Assembly (NCBI GenBank): GCA_963713605.1 | Contig: CAVQMO010000003.1 | Location: forward strand, 352,001 to 416,000 | DNA length: 64,000 nucleotides | Source of the DNA: an uncultured Nitrososphaerales archaeon | GTDB taxonomy: Archaea; Thermoproteota; Nitrososphaeria; Nitrososphaerales; Nitrososphaeraceae | Direction: 5' to 3' | Part shown: piece by piece, positions 21,793 to 32,957 of the stretch | Layout of the letters: each line of letters starts with the position of its first letter | Numbering within the stretch: position 1 is the stretch's first letter | The notes under the pieces: generated by a model | Told to the model about the DNA's origin: nothing | Databases searched by the model: none | Seen by the model: only the letters and a program-made list of their open reading frames with translations | Program-made: the position numbers and the translations under genes

Positions 21793-21905
21793 CACTAATG
21801 ATACGTACTCGGAATGCCCCCAAAAACAATTGTCTATACACTTACTAAGGAAATATATACAATTGTCTACATGTGCCGCATAATGGCTTAATATGATCTT
21901 CATGA

Positions 21906-22307
21906 TCACTTGTTACTCCTACTGCCCACTATAAGTATCGTCATTGAATGGAGGAACTTCCTTTTTTGTACATTCTCTTTCTGCTTGCCCGGAGATTTAA
22001 GTTTGAGCTGTTCATATCTCAATCTAAATAATTCAATAATCGCTGGTAAATCATCTTCACCTTTTTCGATCCAATAGCTAACCCATCCTGATTGCGGCAT
22101 AACATGATGTGGAGATACACGACCAGAATTTACAAGTTCATTTCTGGTTTTCATTGAAAAGGGTAAGTCGGCCAGACGATCGCCGTGTATCTGTCCCATT
22201 TCCCTTTTATTTATGCGAAATCCAATACCTCCAAATTTATGTCGTTCAGCAGTAACATTAGGCCAGCTTAGTAATTCCTTCTTAATTTTTTCGAAAATTA
22301 TACTCAT
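21906..22307 (-). CDS. DUF5519/luciferase-like domain protein
   Basis: SWPNV...HKFGG..FR...EMGQIHG..LADLPF....RNELV..G...PHHVMPQSGWVS. Confidence 0.75.
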   Translation of the reverse strand: MSIIFEKIKKELLSWPNVTAERHKFGGIGFRINKREMGQIHGDRLADLPFSMKTRNELVNSGRVSPHHVMPQSGWVSYWIEKGEDDLPAIIELFRLRYEQLKLKSPGKQKENVQKRKFLHSMTILIVGSRSNK

Positions 22308-22475
22308 AGAAATAATATGATTAATCTAGATTATAAACTGGCCGGTTTACAAATTATATTAATTCTCGTGCGATTGCCGAGTGGTGACAAAGAGGAATAC
22401 CATCTGCTTTGTCGCGAACAAACTTTCTCCTTACTAATAATGCAATTATGGATGAAATCCTTGACCTTTGTTTAA

Positions 22476-22893
22476 CTAGACTTGCTTCTTCAGAGTTCGA
22501 TAAAGTTTCTTAAATTGTTGATACTGAGATGAATCTTTTTCTTTTCCTGATCCTGATTTCAGAAATGTATTTTCATAATAACTGATTATCATAGGTTTGA
22601 TGTATTCGATCAATTTTTTATCTGTAATCATTCTTTCGTTGATCATAAACGAAAGCCATTCTAAGCTATTGAACATGCGAAAGGACCATGAATTTCTAAC
22701 ATCGTCAAATTGAGATCCTGTAGGTATTTTTGCCATTTCACGTTCCACATCTCGAAGTTCGTTCATGACATCACCTAATGATGCGATTTGATCTTGTCTC
22801 TTCGAGCGCTGAAATGTGACAATGGTGTAAAATAATGTTGCTGCCATATATTGCGGCGACAATTATTTGAATGTAGTCTGAAGTTATTGCCAT
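22476..22893 (-). CDS. N-terminal TM plus helical hypothetical protein (frameshift near 22845)
   Basis: MAITSDYIQIIVAAIY/AATLFYTIVTFQRSKR...FNSLEWLSFMINER. Confidence 0.55.
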
Positions 22894-22970
22894 GAATGGA
22901 ACTTATGAACATCGAATGATTTTAGAGTTAGGGTTATCGATGATGCAAAGACTGTATATACGTGTATATG

Positions 22971-23106
22971 CGATTATGTCTGAGCTATGGTTATGCAGGA
23001 TGCTGTGATCAATAAACACGGAACAAAGCATTTCCATTCAATTGGTGATCCAGATCTGGTTTGATCTGATCGTACGAACCTGAACTGGAAATGGTGTTTT
23101 GTTGAA
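22971..23106 (+). pseudogene. Second, more decayed UBP-type zinc finger remnant
   Basis: RLCLSYGYAGCCD/NKHGTKHFHSIGDP/SYEP/NWKWCFVE, collinear with 7206-7457. Confidence 0.65.
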
Positions 23107-23358
23107 ATCTTTCAGCAATGATGATTATTGTGATTCCCCAGTAGTATTAAAACAAGAGTAACAGAATAGAGTATTCAACAAAACTTGCCTAAGCATTGAT
23201 ATAATCCAGACACTCCTTCAAAGAATTTTACCGGCTTGTTGTTAGATGCATCACATCTACATAAGGTATAATAGGATTATGTAAGGTACCCCTTACTCAA
23301 GTCTGGGGGTTTTTACAGCAAGCTTAAATACCCAGTTTCATTATAATTATGTTACGAG

Positions 23359-23589
23359 ATGTCAAAGGATGCAGTAGTTGATTGGGAATCCATTATCCAT
23401 AAGAATGTAAGATCCAAGGACGGTCAAGATGCTGGAAATGTGGATGCCATAGAAGGAGATGTAGTAATAATTGCAAGTCAGGGAGATCGCAAAGAGTACA
23501 ATCTACCAAAATCGCAGGTAGAAGGCTACAATGGTGCAGAAGTTTCTTTGAAAATTACTTTCGTGGAATTAGAGAGATATAAAGTTTAA
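23359..23589 (+). CDS. Small PRC-barrel-like protein
   Basis: WESIIHKNVRSKDGQDAGNVDAIEGD...YNLPKSQVEGYNGAEVSL; TTAAATA about 30 bp upstream. Confidence 0.7.
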   Translation: MSKDAVVDWESIIHKNVRSKDGQDAGNVDAIEGDVVIIASQGDRKEYNLPKSQVEGYNGAEVSLKITFVELERYKV

Positions 23590-24202
23590 ACTGAAGACCT
23601 TCAAGCTTTTTAGACTGTGTATGACGTAACTCTACTTGGAACGTTTAATATTATGATTAACGCTCACTCGGCAGACATTCTCATCATTTTTATCAATAGA
23701 AATAGTGACTAACTCAGATTGTAATAGTGATCAAAATGATGGAAGGTTCACGCAACCGGCTCTAATGAAAAGAACTCATAGTTACGCCTAATCCATCAGA
23801 TGTGCCTCATCATCATCATTGATATCGAGCCTATCATGAGACGACTTTTTTCCTAGAAGTTGCCAGACCCTTCAAACTTTGTCTTTCGTAAAAATTATGA
23901 ACTACTTTAATGCTTAATCTTTCTTCTAAGTTACCTGTTCCGAGACAAGAAGAAGGGTAGATGTGGTCAATGATGACCCAGAAGCTGACGGATCATCCCT
24001 TCGCTTATTCTTTGATAGGCCTATTGCTTATCATCAAAGGAAGATTTACACATAGAAAATTTTGTGCCCTTACTAACGATGATGGGTTAGCTACGACCTT
24101 TCTCTATACTGCGCTCATAAAAGAAGAAAGACAACTGATTCCCCTTTACGGTCGGGCAACTTCAACATTCGTGATCGTCTAAATATCCGTGTAAGGAAAG
24201 AA

Positions 24203-24663
24203 ATGCCTATCGCAAGAGCCCGTGGTGGAATCAGACCTGATAAATCTACAAATAAGCATGGACGATCTAACAGACGTCATTTCGCACGCCAAAATCACAG
24301 AAAAAAGTCATCTGACGGATACGAACATGAAAAGATACCTAGAAAATTAATATTAAGTAAGTTCACAGGTGATGGATGGATGCCTTGCCCAATTGGTTTA
24401 CAAGAGGTCAAGGCATTGGGTTTGCTCCACAAGGCTTGGATCGGTTATAAGCGGGCGCTCAATCCGGAGAATCATTTCAGGACAGGCTACGACGGGCTGT
24501 AACAATACAAAATATCCAAATCGATTTAGGACTTCAAAGAGCATCGTTTCCAACATTAGGACTATACGGCGATTATATTTTTGCATATATTGAGTGGAAT
24601 CAAAATGAATTAGAAGATCTGGATAATGAATTATTTCTCAAAGAGTTGAATTCATGCCTATAA
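24203..24663 (+). CDS. Basic N-tail protein containing a paralogue of the domain encoded at 53786-54025 (frameshift near 24480)
   Basis: ALGLLHKAWIGYKRALNPENHF/DRLRRAVTIQNIQIDLGLQRASFPTLGL...ELNSCL*. Confidence 0.65.
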
Positions 24664-24910
24664 AATCATTCATTTCAAAAAAGTGCTTTAGCGCCGCGAT
24701 ATGCACGCGAATAATTGAAGGCGATACTTTCCTTTCCTCGCGTAAATACATAATGTATTGAATTATTTTCATTTCCATCCCCTTAAGAAAGTATTTTTGC
24801 AGTAACATTTCACAATTCGGAGCCCTCAAATAGGTTTGGAAATTTTGAAGGAATAGTGTGTAGATTTCCTTCGTTTTAGGCGACTTGATAGCGTTCTGGA
24901 ATTGTTTTAA
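24638..24910 (-). mobile_element. Tyrosine recombinase/integrase N-terminal (SAM-like) remnant
   Basis: FQNAIKSPKTKEIY...IIQYIMYLREERKVSPSIIRVHIAALKHFFEMND; catalytic domain absent. Confidence 0.7.
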
Positions 24911-25185
24911 ATGGCTAACCGATGCTTGCACAATATGTAATATACTTATGCCATATTTATGTAAGGTATACTGCAAAAACATCATAAAATAACTCTAAAA
25001 TAGTGTATCAAGGGATCGTAACTTGAACTATGTTTACGTTGAATTTTGTCAAGTTTTTTATGTACTTCTAGATAGGAACCAGGCTCGTATCCTAACGCTT
25101 GCGATAATGGCTTCACTCCATTCCAATACATCAGCCATCCTTCCGCGAACATAATATTAATTAAGTGAGCCAATACATTTAACCT

Positions 25186-25716
25186 ATGCCTTCGAGAGGA
25201 TACGAGACAATAGGATTGAAGCCTGCGATCCTTCAGAGACTGCAGGCATTTACTGATGAGCACTATCCAGGAATGTTCCTTCCTAGCGCATTGATAATCA
25301 TGATGAATGAAATAAAACGAGGTCAGTATTCAGTTGAAGTGCACAACCTGAAAATAGATTTCTCTGGCAGGTATTCCTCATTGACCCTCAGATCTGATGT
25401 AAAAGAATGGCTCGTTGAGAATCACAAAAATCTAAAGGAGGAATATAGTCAGAGATATAGGGCGGATAGTTTCACAAAATTCGCTAGTGTATTTATGATA
25501 AATGTCTTCGAATCCAAATCTACGTCTAGAGATTATGTTATCAGACTAAAGGAAGCTGATTTTCGATGGTTAGAGGAGGAATATCAAAAAAGAAGACAGG
25601 AGTACAAGAACCAATTTGGTATTTACAATTTTGAGCGATTTGCTGATCTGTTTCTCAAGGATCTTTTCAATAGAGTTAATGCGGCCAAAAGGATTTTGAC
25701 ATACGAAGAAATTTAA
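25186..25716 (+). CDS. Hypothetical protein with three internal RHH-like repeats
   Basis: Units beginning YETIGLK / YSSLTLR..WL / YVIRLK..WL, with SFTKFA and NFERFA helices. Confidence 0.55.
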   Translation: MPSRGYETIGLKPAILQRLQAFTDEHYPGMFLPSALIIMMNEIKRGQYSVEVHNLKIDFSGRYSSLTLRSDVKEWLVENHKNLKEEYSQRYRADSFTKFASVFMINVFESKSTSRDYVIRLKEADFRWLEEEYQKRRQEYKNQFGIYNFERFADLFLKDLFNRVNAAKRILTYEEI

Positions 25717-26073
25717 CCGTCTAAAATCGCTATCTGAAGCATTTGACTGGTAGCAGCGTTTCAACTGTTACCGATCCTGATTTCGACAATCTTGGTCGAT
25801 CAATTTGTTATCCTAAATACCGGCTTTCGTGGGGATTTGCATACTGTTCCCTAATTAGAATAGCTGCAATTGTTTTAATTAAGTCTTGAAAAACCACGAG
25901 GTGCTAGCCATAGAATTAGATCGAACACAAAAGCATTGCAGGGTCGGTATTGATTCGGGCGAAAGAAACGTTAACCTTTATACTCCAATACTTGGGAGCA
26001 AACCATAATTATTCAATAATTTCCTTTTGACCTTGAATTGGAAATGTTTAAGACTAATGAACATTGATAGAGG

Positions 26074-26586
26074 ATGCAGTCTTTGATCCATTTCATCCGA
26101 AATAGACCCCCAAATTCCATCGTTATCAAGGAAGAGATTATAAGAATAATTAACAAAAACAAAAATGATATCCCCGCAGACTATCCAAACTTCTTGGCTA
26201 AAGTCGAAGAAATTCTTTTTCACTTTCCAGAGTATGATCCAGAATGGGCTAATAGAACCGTCTTCCGATTAGCTAAGGTGCAAGTACTAAATCTGGATTA
26301 CGAGGATGCAATCTATTTAGAAAATATATCCCTCCCGGATGTTAAACATGATCTAGATCTTGTTTTGAAAATGCTAAATTATATGCGTGAACAGAAAGGC
26401 TTTGGAAAGGTAAAAATGCCTCTGTTTATCCAGCCAGATGAATTATGTCACGCATATACACTAGGAAAATTCAGTTATGAGACTAAAAATATTGTGTCTC
26501 AGATGGTAGTTGTTTTTCAGAAAGGCTTGGTAGATTACGTCGGGTTTGTATTTGACTTCAAATTTGCCATTCTTGAAGCTCGATAG
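26074..26586 (+). CDS. Hypothetical protein
   Basis: 170-aa ORF with globular composition; no family recognised. Confidence 0.5.
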   Translation: MQSLIHFIRNRPPNSIVIKEEIIRIINKNKNDIPADYPNFLAKVEEILFHFPEYDPEWANRTVFRLAKVQVLNLDYEDAIYLENISLPDVKHDLDLVLKMLNYMREQKGFGKVKMPLFIQPDELCHAYTLGKFSYETKNIVSQMVVVFQKGLVDYVGFVFDFKFAILEAR

Positions 26587-26596
26587 ATTACCTCGC

Positions 26597-27079
26597 TCAT
26601 TTCACTAAGAGTACAGGGCAGTGAGAATGACTAATTAATGCAGAGCTGACACTTCCAACTAGGAGGCGTCTAAAGTTCGATAACCCCCTAGTCCCAGCAG
26701 TTATGAGGTCTATCTGGTTCTTTTGTGCATATTTTGAAATTATGCCTACTATTGATGATCCATCATTTTCTAATATCTCAATCTTACTACTAACTCCATT
26801 CTTCTTTACGTTCTTTTGAATTGGTTCTATCCATTTGTTGGCTTCCTGTGTCTTAGCCTGCAAGAATGCTGACACCATTTTCAGATCACCGTATTTTGCA
26901 CGTAAACCAATAACACCCCCTTGTTTAATATCCGGCAGCACATGCAAAATCACCAACTCTGCCTTTTCCAGCTTGCAAAGATGTATTGCAAAATTAGCAG
27001 CTCTAATTGAGGGGGCTGACCCGTCAGTTGCTACGAGAATGCGTTTAACAGATATGGTGCTTGAGTTGTTCTCGTCCAT
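26597..27079 (-). CDS. Universal stress protein
   Basis: KRILVATDGS; DLITAGTRGLS...LVGSVS..LI.HSHCPVLLVK. Confidence 0.9.
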   Translation of the reverse strand: MDENNSSTISVKRILVATDGSAPSIRAANFAIHLCKLEKAELVILHVLPDIKQGGVIGLRAKYGDLKMVSAFLQAKTQEANKWIEPIQKNVKKNGVSSKIEILENDGSSIVGIISKYAQKNQIDLITAGTRGLSNFRRLLVGSVSSALISHSHCPVLLVK

Positions 27080-27361
27080 TAAGTAACTATTCTCTATCTG
27101 AAGTTCTATAAAAATATCATTCTTGAAAATGTAGATTACGTATTCCTTGCAATGATAACAACTTTAACATTATCCATAAAATACTTTCATGCATTTTACT
27201 TGGATTTTTAAACAAGGGCAGGACTTTTATTGTAAGGTGTTGATAGCTGGACACGAAAGATCATTCCGGATTGAAAATAATATTGTTTGTTCAAAAATTC
27301 TATTATGCGATTAAGACCATTGAAATCATTGACCATCGTATTAAACTAGGCCGCCTGATGT

Positions 27362-28796
27362 TCATATTCTGAACAGGGTGTCGACAAGTAACACTACAGT
27401 ACCAGCCAACACAGTAAGAATCATAAATGGAAATCCGACCCTAATGAATCGGTTAAAGGTGATCCCGTAATTGAGCTTTTCAGCTAACCCTACCGCTATG
27501 ATCGCCACGCTAGAACCAATTAATGTCCCGTTACCACCAAAGTTTGCCCCTAAGGATAATGCCCACCACAATGGACTTATATGAAAAGACTCGAATGTAG
27601 AGGCAATAACGGGATTATCGTTAAGTGAATCAATCACTGGTATCATTGTGGCAGTAAATGGAATATTGTCTACGAATGCGCTGGAGAATGCTGACAACCA
27701 TATAATTATTAGAAAAGTAAACCAGGGATCGCCATTTGTTATGTTAATTGCGAGATTTGAAAGTAAAGTTATTAGACCAGATTGTTGGGCGAAGCCTACA
27801 ATAATAAATAGACCTGTAAAAAACAATAACGTCGTCCAATCCACTTCATGTAGTACTTGTTCTGGAGGGCGCCTAGTTATTATAAGCAGAAACGCTGCTC
27901 CACCCAAGGCAATAATCGAGGGTTCAAGGTTAAGGATCCCATGAAATGCAAAAAGTATAATGACACCCACTAGTACTCCAAGTGATTTCTTTAAAGTTTG
28001 GATATCCTTTATATAAGCATACTCATTCTCTCTCATAATTCCGTCGCCCTGATTGATAGTGGATCTTAATTCATTTCTAAACAAATACCTTAGCAAAAGT
28101 AGAGATACGCAAAATGAAATCGCTACTGTAGGACCCATATGTATGATAAATGCGTTAAAATCTATATCTGCAGCTGATCCAATCATGATGTTAGGCGGAT
28201 CGCCTATTAAAGTAGTCTGCTCCTCCTACGTTGGACGCAAGTACCATCGCTATTATAAAGGGGATAGGAGATAACTTGATCGATCTAAATACGGAGACAG
28301 TCACTGGTACCATTAAAAGGACTGTTGTTACGTTGTCTATGAACATCGATATCGTAGCAGTAAAAACACAGAGCAAAATCATTAATTTCCAGAGGTTCCC
28401 TTTCGAGGCCTTTATAGCTTTAATGCCTACGAATTGGAAAATACCAGTGTTTGACATGATGGCTACAATCACCATCATCCCCAACAGAAGTCCGATTGTA
28501 TTAAAATCGATATAACCCAAGATTTGCTCGAAGCCATCTAGCGTTTGGAAATTCCCGACAGTGATGGCAATCGCTATGGCAACCACTGCCCCAAAAAGAG
28601 CAATGGTAGTTCTATGAACCATTTCGAAGGAGAGAACTACATATACGCATAGCAATACTAAAGTGGCCAGTCTTAACTGTAAAGTTATATGAGGTCCTAT
28701 TAATTCAGGTACAAGTAATAGTATGAATGAAAATAGCAGAATTACACAAATACCGATTCTATATTTTATATTCTTAAGAAGATATTTGTTGGTCAA
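27362..28796 (-). CDS. ArsB/NhaD/CitMHS-superfamily ion transporter (frameshift near 28215)
   Basis: IDFNTIGLLLGMM, FIDNVTTVLL, SNVGGA/TTLIGDPPNIMIG, SAFVDNIPF, GANFGGNGTLIGS. Confidence 0.85.
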
Positions 28797-29443
28797 ATAG
28801 TAGGCAACCGTAAAAGCATCTTAGGCATATCTGTAAGCTGAATACCAAGGTCATGGTAAAATTTAAACTCCTCATTTAGCATATTCATTAACCCCATCAG
28901 TTCATCTTTCGTAGTATAAATATGCTACGTTGTATTATGTATAATACATATTTGGCTGAAAGTCGAACGATTATTTCAGTCGTAGATTACTTATCTATGT
29001 ACTTCTCTAAATCAAAGCAATAGGCGTATATTATAGTTTTCTAAGCGAATTGCCTCTAATAGTGCCCAATAAAGTTTGTGTTCATAAAAACACTATTTTG
29101 CGCCTCAAAAAAGGTATTGAAATATAGCTTGGATTTTAAGATCCCTTGTTCTGTCAGATCCATAACTAAAAAAATGGCAGGTATAGTTTTTATGAAACAA
29201 GGCCTAACACCCACAAAAAGTAGAATAGAATTTAAGACACAGAAAGCACAGGCTGAATAGTGCATTCAGCTAGCTGTATTTGTCACTTACTGCAGTAAGT
29301 GATACAGATTCGAAATGATACATTTCTAATGGGATTACGCATTCGCAGTATAAAAATAGTAAGGAAACCAAAAAACTCGCCCAAATTCGATCTACTGGTC
29401 TACTTTTAATTTAGTAAACTAGAAGTATAGTATTAAGGATTTA

Positions 29444-29722
29444 ATGTTAGTGAAAAGGTTGGAAAATAAAAAGTTGCCTAAAGTAGTATCAACAAAAGTT
29501 ACCGCTCAAGATTATGATCTTTGTCGGAAAATAGCTCGAGAGTATTACATTGATGAAAAAATTAAGTCTCCGTCAGTTTCAGAGCTAACAAGGTTAGTCT
29601 TATTTAAAGTGTTAGATGCACATCGCACCCACGGTCATTTAGATTTAAGCAGCAATTTCAATAAAATGGTTTGGCCAGCAAAGATAAGGCAATTACTTGT
29701 GAGGTTAGGATTTAGAGTTTAA
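29444..29722 (+). CDS. RHH-like small DNA-binding protein
   Basis: KVVSTKVT..DYD...KIA...SVSELTRLVL beta-alpha-alpha pattern. Confidence 0.5.
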   Translation: MLVKRLENKKLPKVVSTKVTAQDYDLCRKIAREYYIDEKIKSPSVSELTRLVLFKVLDAHRTHGHLDLSSNFNKMVWPAKIRQLLVRLGFRV

Positions 29723-29901
29723 AAACCCTAGGGCTTCATTGTGACACATAATCTGTTCAAAAACTGAATAGTATTAGGGATTCAAAACGTTTGGTTTCAT
29801 AGCAATCTCTTAAATAGAATAAATCAAAGTAATAACTGCTCATTAGTAAGAAGTCAATGAGAACCTTCCTCAAATCGCGAACCCATTAAATAAAGCTAAT
29901 G

Positions 29902-30351
29902 CTAATCAAATAAATTAGAAGGTGGTTCTTCGCTTTGATCAGAATCGTTCATATATCCTATAACAGTATCCGCCACGTCCCCAGTATCCTTCGTACTTGC
30001 TGTTATCACCACTATCATCTTTTGGTCTAGATTTCCACCAGGATACAGGTTAATAAATTTGAATTTGTCATATTCTAGACCGTCCCATCTATGCCGCCCG
30101 AGCAAACTTTCAACGGCTTCCTTTTCAGCAGCCGCAATAGATCTTATGTCGAGAACAGAACTAATCTGTTCGATTTTCGACCTATCGAACTCTGAGCCTG
30201 GTGCAATGAAGAGTTCTGAAATATTCCCGGATCGATCAATTACAAACGCAGCAAAGATATTTTCATCTATCTCTACAAGGTGCTGAACCCTTTCAAACGA
30301 CATTTTGTCCGTTTCTCCGAATACAATCTTTGTGTGAAAGGATTTATGCAT
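29902..30351 (-). CDS. Roadblock/profilin-like fold hypothetical protein
   Basis: IFAAFVIDRSGNI...LG......EYDKFKFI...IVVIT pattern. Confidence 0.45.
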   Translation of the reverse strand: MHKSFHTKIVFGETDKMSFERVQHLVEIDENIFAAFVIDRSGNISELFIAPGSEFDRSKIEQISSVLDIRSIAAAEKEAVESLLGRHRWDGLEYDKFKFINLYPGGNLDQKMIVVITASTKDTGDVADTVIGYMNDSDQSEEPPSNLFD

Positions 30352-30467
30352 TTATGCATTTATGCATTTGCAAAATTATGTCATATGCTCCGCGAACGGC
30401 GAGAGATAGCCTGCTATGCTTAGATGCTGTTCTGTGTATAACTTAATCACATAAACTCTAATACCAT

Positions 30468-30704
30468 TTGGATACCAATTGTATGTGCAAATTGGATATT
30501 GAACAGAAGATACTCGGCCTCCTGCAATCTGTCCCCTCGGATAAATATACAATCCACAGAATGATATCTACTGAATCCATATTTACTATCTCCAAGGCAA
30601 TCAATGACCTTCAACAGCGAGGACAAATTCACGTTGTGAAGTATAGAAAGGATACGAGAATAGGTATTTCTATTCCTTTGTTACTCTGTTCACCCTCGTT
30701 CTGA
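30468..30704 (+). CDS. Small winged-helix-like protein
   Basis: IEQKILGLL...ISKAINDLQQRGQIHVV. Confidence 0.4.
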   Translation: MDTNCMCKLDIEQKILGLLQSVPSDKYTIHRMISTESIFTISKAINDLQQRGQIHVVKYRKDTRIGISIPLLLCSPSF

Positions 30705-30744
30705 AAAAGACAATGAATTACAATTTGGAGACTTACTTGAAGGT

Positions 30745-31377
30745 ATGGCGCCTGTTAGATATGCAGAGTACGAATTTGTTTTAAGAAATCTGATAACGCA
30801 AGACATCAAGACAAAAATATTGGATGTGGGTTGTTCAACCTCAGCGTTCTCCAGTAAGATCTCAAAATCCAGTCGCAACGGATGCGAGATCGTTGGTATT
30901 GACATAGTTAAGGAAATAGGTAGTCTTGATTTCCCATTAATATTGATGGACGCAATGAATATCGGTTTTAAGAATAAGACATTTGATCAGGTGATGTGTC
31001 TCAGCACTATGGAACATATCGGGCTTGATCGTGAAGGTGTAAACGCCAAACACAACGATCCTAATAGTGGAATAAATGGCGACGCACTAGCAATGAAAGA
31101 AATTTGGCGTGTACTAAAAAATAAAGGTACTTTAATCCTTACGGTTCCCTGCGGTAGATTAATTATCAAGCAGCAGGGTTATAGAGTCTATCATCAAGAA
31201 TCACTTTCAATATTGACCAATATGTTCTTCGTTGTCAAGAAAGAGTTTTTTTGCCTAAAAAAAGGTAAATGGAGTAGGTGTAATGAACTAGAAGCAAACA
31301 ATTCAATATTGTTAGAGTATTCAAGTCAGAAGTTTCACAGTGACATAATAGCATGTTTACTTTTGGAGAAAAGGTAA
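30745..31377 (+). CDS. Class I SAM-dependent methyltransferase
   Basis: ILDVGCS, GIDI, FDQVMCLSTMEHIG, EIWRVLKNKGTLILTVP. Confidence 0.85.
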   Translation: MAPVRYAEYEFVLRNLITQDIKTKILDVGCSTSAFSSKISKSSRNGCEIVGIDIVKEIGSLDFPLILMDAMNIGFKNKTFDQVMCLSTMEHIGLDREGVNAKHNDPNSGINGDALAMKEIWRVLKNKGTLILTVPCGRLIIKQQGYRVYHQESLSILTNMFFVVKKEFFCLKKGKWSRCNELEANNSILLEYSSQKFHSDIIACLLLEKR

Positions 31378-31598
31378 GAGGAGGTTGGCTTACTGTTTAA
31401 CTGAAGATACTGCTTAATTTGTGTGCTTATGAAAGAAGTAGCTTAAGGGGTTTACCTAGGGTGTTCAATCTGCTCATTTTGCAGAGTTTTGTCAAGTACT
31501 ATTCACCATGCCATATAGCATTAAAAATATGACTTGGCAATCATAAAGATGAATATGTCAAATCTAATAATACACAAATAATCACAATTTATTTCGTC

Positions 31599-32915
31599 AT
31601 GTTCGACTATAAGGAATCTATAGGATTCTTAACTCATCTACGACACTCATTACTAATTGTGATTGCGGTATTTGGAATCCTTGCACAATTGGCACTATTT
31701 GGTGCATACGAGAATGCAGTAGCGACTTCTAACGATGGTGATGATCAAAAATTAGATATCCAATGCGAGACGGGCAACGAAGATGTATGTCTAATAGCTG
31801 CATGCATGGGTCATCCTTGTGTCTGGTATCAAAATAGTAGCGGTGGCGGAGAACGAAACTTTGATGTTGCCATTACTAAATACACTACGCCCAGTTTGGA
31901 TACTTTGGATGAAGACGTTGTATCGAATGTTATGCAGGTTGATGATGGTTGTACGGAATCAACTTCTAATATCCAATTGATTAGCACTAGCAGAACGGAT
32001 GAAGCCAAGAGTGTTAACAACGATGATGATGATGATGATAATGATAACAATGACAATGATAGCAATAACAATGACAGCGTATTTGCCAGACTTTTAGATA
32101 ACGACTATGATACAAAATGGGAGGAAGAAGGATTTGGATCTTTCATACAAGCTGATTTAGGTTCAGTAGAACCAGTCTGTAACGTGGGAATCGCTTGGGA
32201 CAAAGGAGATGAAAGATCTTACAACTTTGTAATATCTACTTCTGATGACGGAACCACCTTTACTGATGCTCTAAGGGGGACGAGCAGCGGGTCGACAGAA
32301 GCATTAGAGACATACGACTTGACTGATGTAGATAGCAGGTTTGTTAGAGTTACAGTTTTTGGAAATAACGACGACAGCAATGATGAACATGATACGGCAG
32401 CAATAAATGAAATAAGAATAGGAACTTCTACCGCCGCAGGTTCTCAATCCAGCAACAACTCATCGAATGGACAATCAGAACTGCCTGCAGAGTTACCGAA
32501 CGCTATAGATAATGCATCCTCGTCGACTAACTCAACTGAGATTACACTTGACAATTACATTTCAGAATTAACTGATTTGATGGTTACCGATGGCTATCAA
32601 GATAGGGTACAAAAACAATTTGCGGATACTAATCTTCCACCTTCAGTCGAGGACTTGAACATTAGAGCAGCCTCTATCTCTTCCTTAGAAATCGAGCTGA
32701 AAGGCTCAGACCTCAGTAGCCCTGACGAGTTGGATTACTCTGTTGTAGACCTTCCAACGCATGGCATTCTAAAAGCCGGGACAGATTTAGATCATGTTCT
32801 GTACTTTCCAAATCCTGGCTACGTAGGCTCAGATAGTTTCACATACAGAGCGATTGACGATCAGGGCTTGGAAAGCGACCTGGGAACAGTAGATATTGCT
32901 ATCGAAGGTTCCTAA
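31599..32915 (+). CDS. Secreted discoidin (F5/8 type C) plus Big_9 Ig-like surface protein
   Basis: Signal/TM segment; Cys-rich N-region; LDNDYDTKW..FIQADLG..IAW..SRFVRVTV..AINEI; YSVVDLPTHG.L...YFPNPGYVGSDSFTY. Confidence 0.8.
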   Translation: MFDYKESIGFLTHLRHSLLIVIAVFGILAQLALFGAYENAVATSNDGDDQKLDIQCETGNEDVCLIAACMGHPCVWYQNSSGGGERNFDVAITKYTTPSLDTLDEDVVSNVMQVDDGCTESTSNIQLISTSRTDEAKSVNNDDDDDDNDNNDNDSNNNDSVFARLLDNDYDTKWEEEGFGSFIQADLGSVEPVCNVGIAWDKGDERSYNFVISTSDDGTTFTDALRGTSSGSTEALETYDLTDVDSRFVRVTVFGNNDDSNDEHDTAAINEIRIGTSTAAGSQSSNNSSNGQSELPAELPNAIDNASSSTNSTEITLDNYISELTDLMVTDGYQDRVQKQFADTNLPPSVEDLNIRAASISSLEIELKGSDLSSPDELDYSVVDLPTHGILKAGTDLDHVLYFPNPGYVGSDSFTYRAIDDQGLESDLGTVDIAIEGS

Positions 32916-32933
32916 ACGCACAGAAGAATTGTG

Positions 32934-32957
32934 ATGGGGCCCCCCATTTGTTTTTTT
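32934..32957 (+). terminator. Hairpin plus T-tract after the discoidin gene
   Basis: ATGGGG-CC-CCCCAT followed by TTGTTTTTTT. Confidence 0.5.

Noticed and set aside
30343..30369. TTTATGCA x3 microsatellite
   Set aside because: Short slippage repeat with no evident function.
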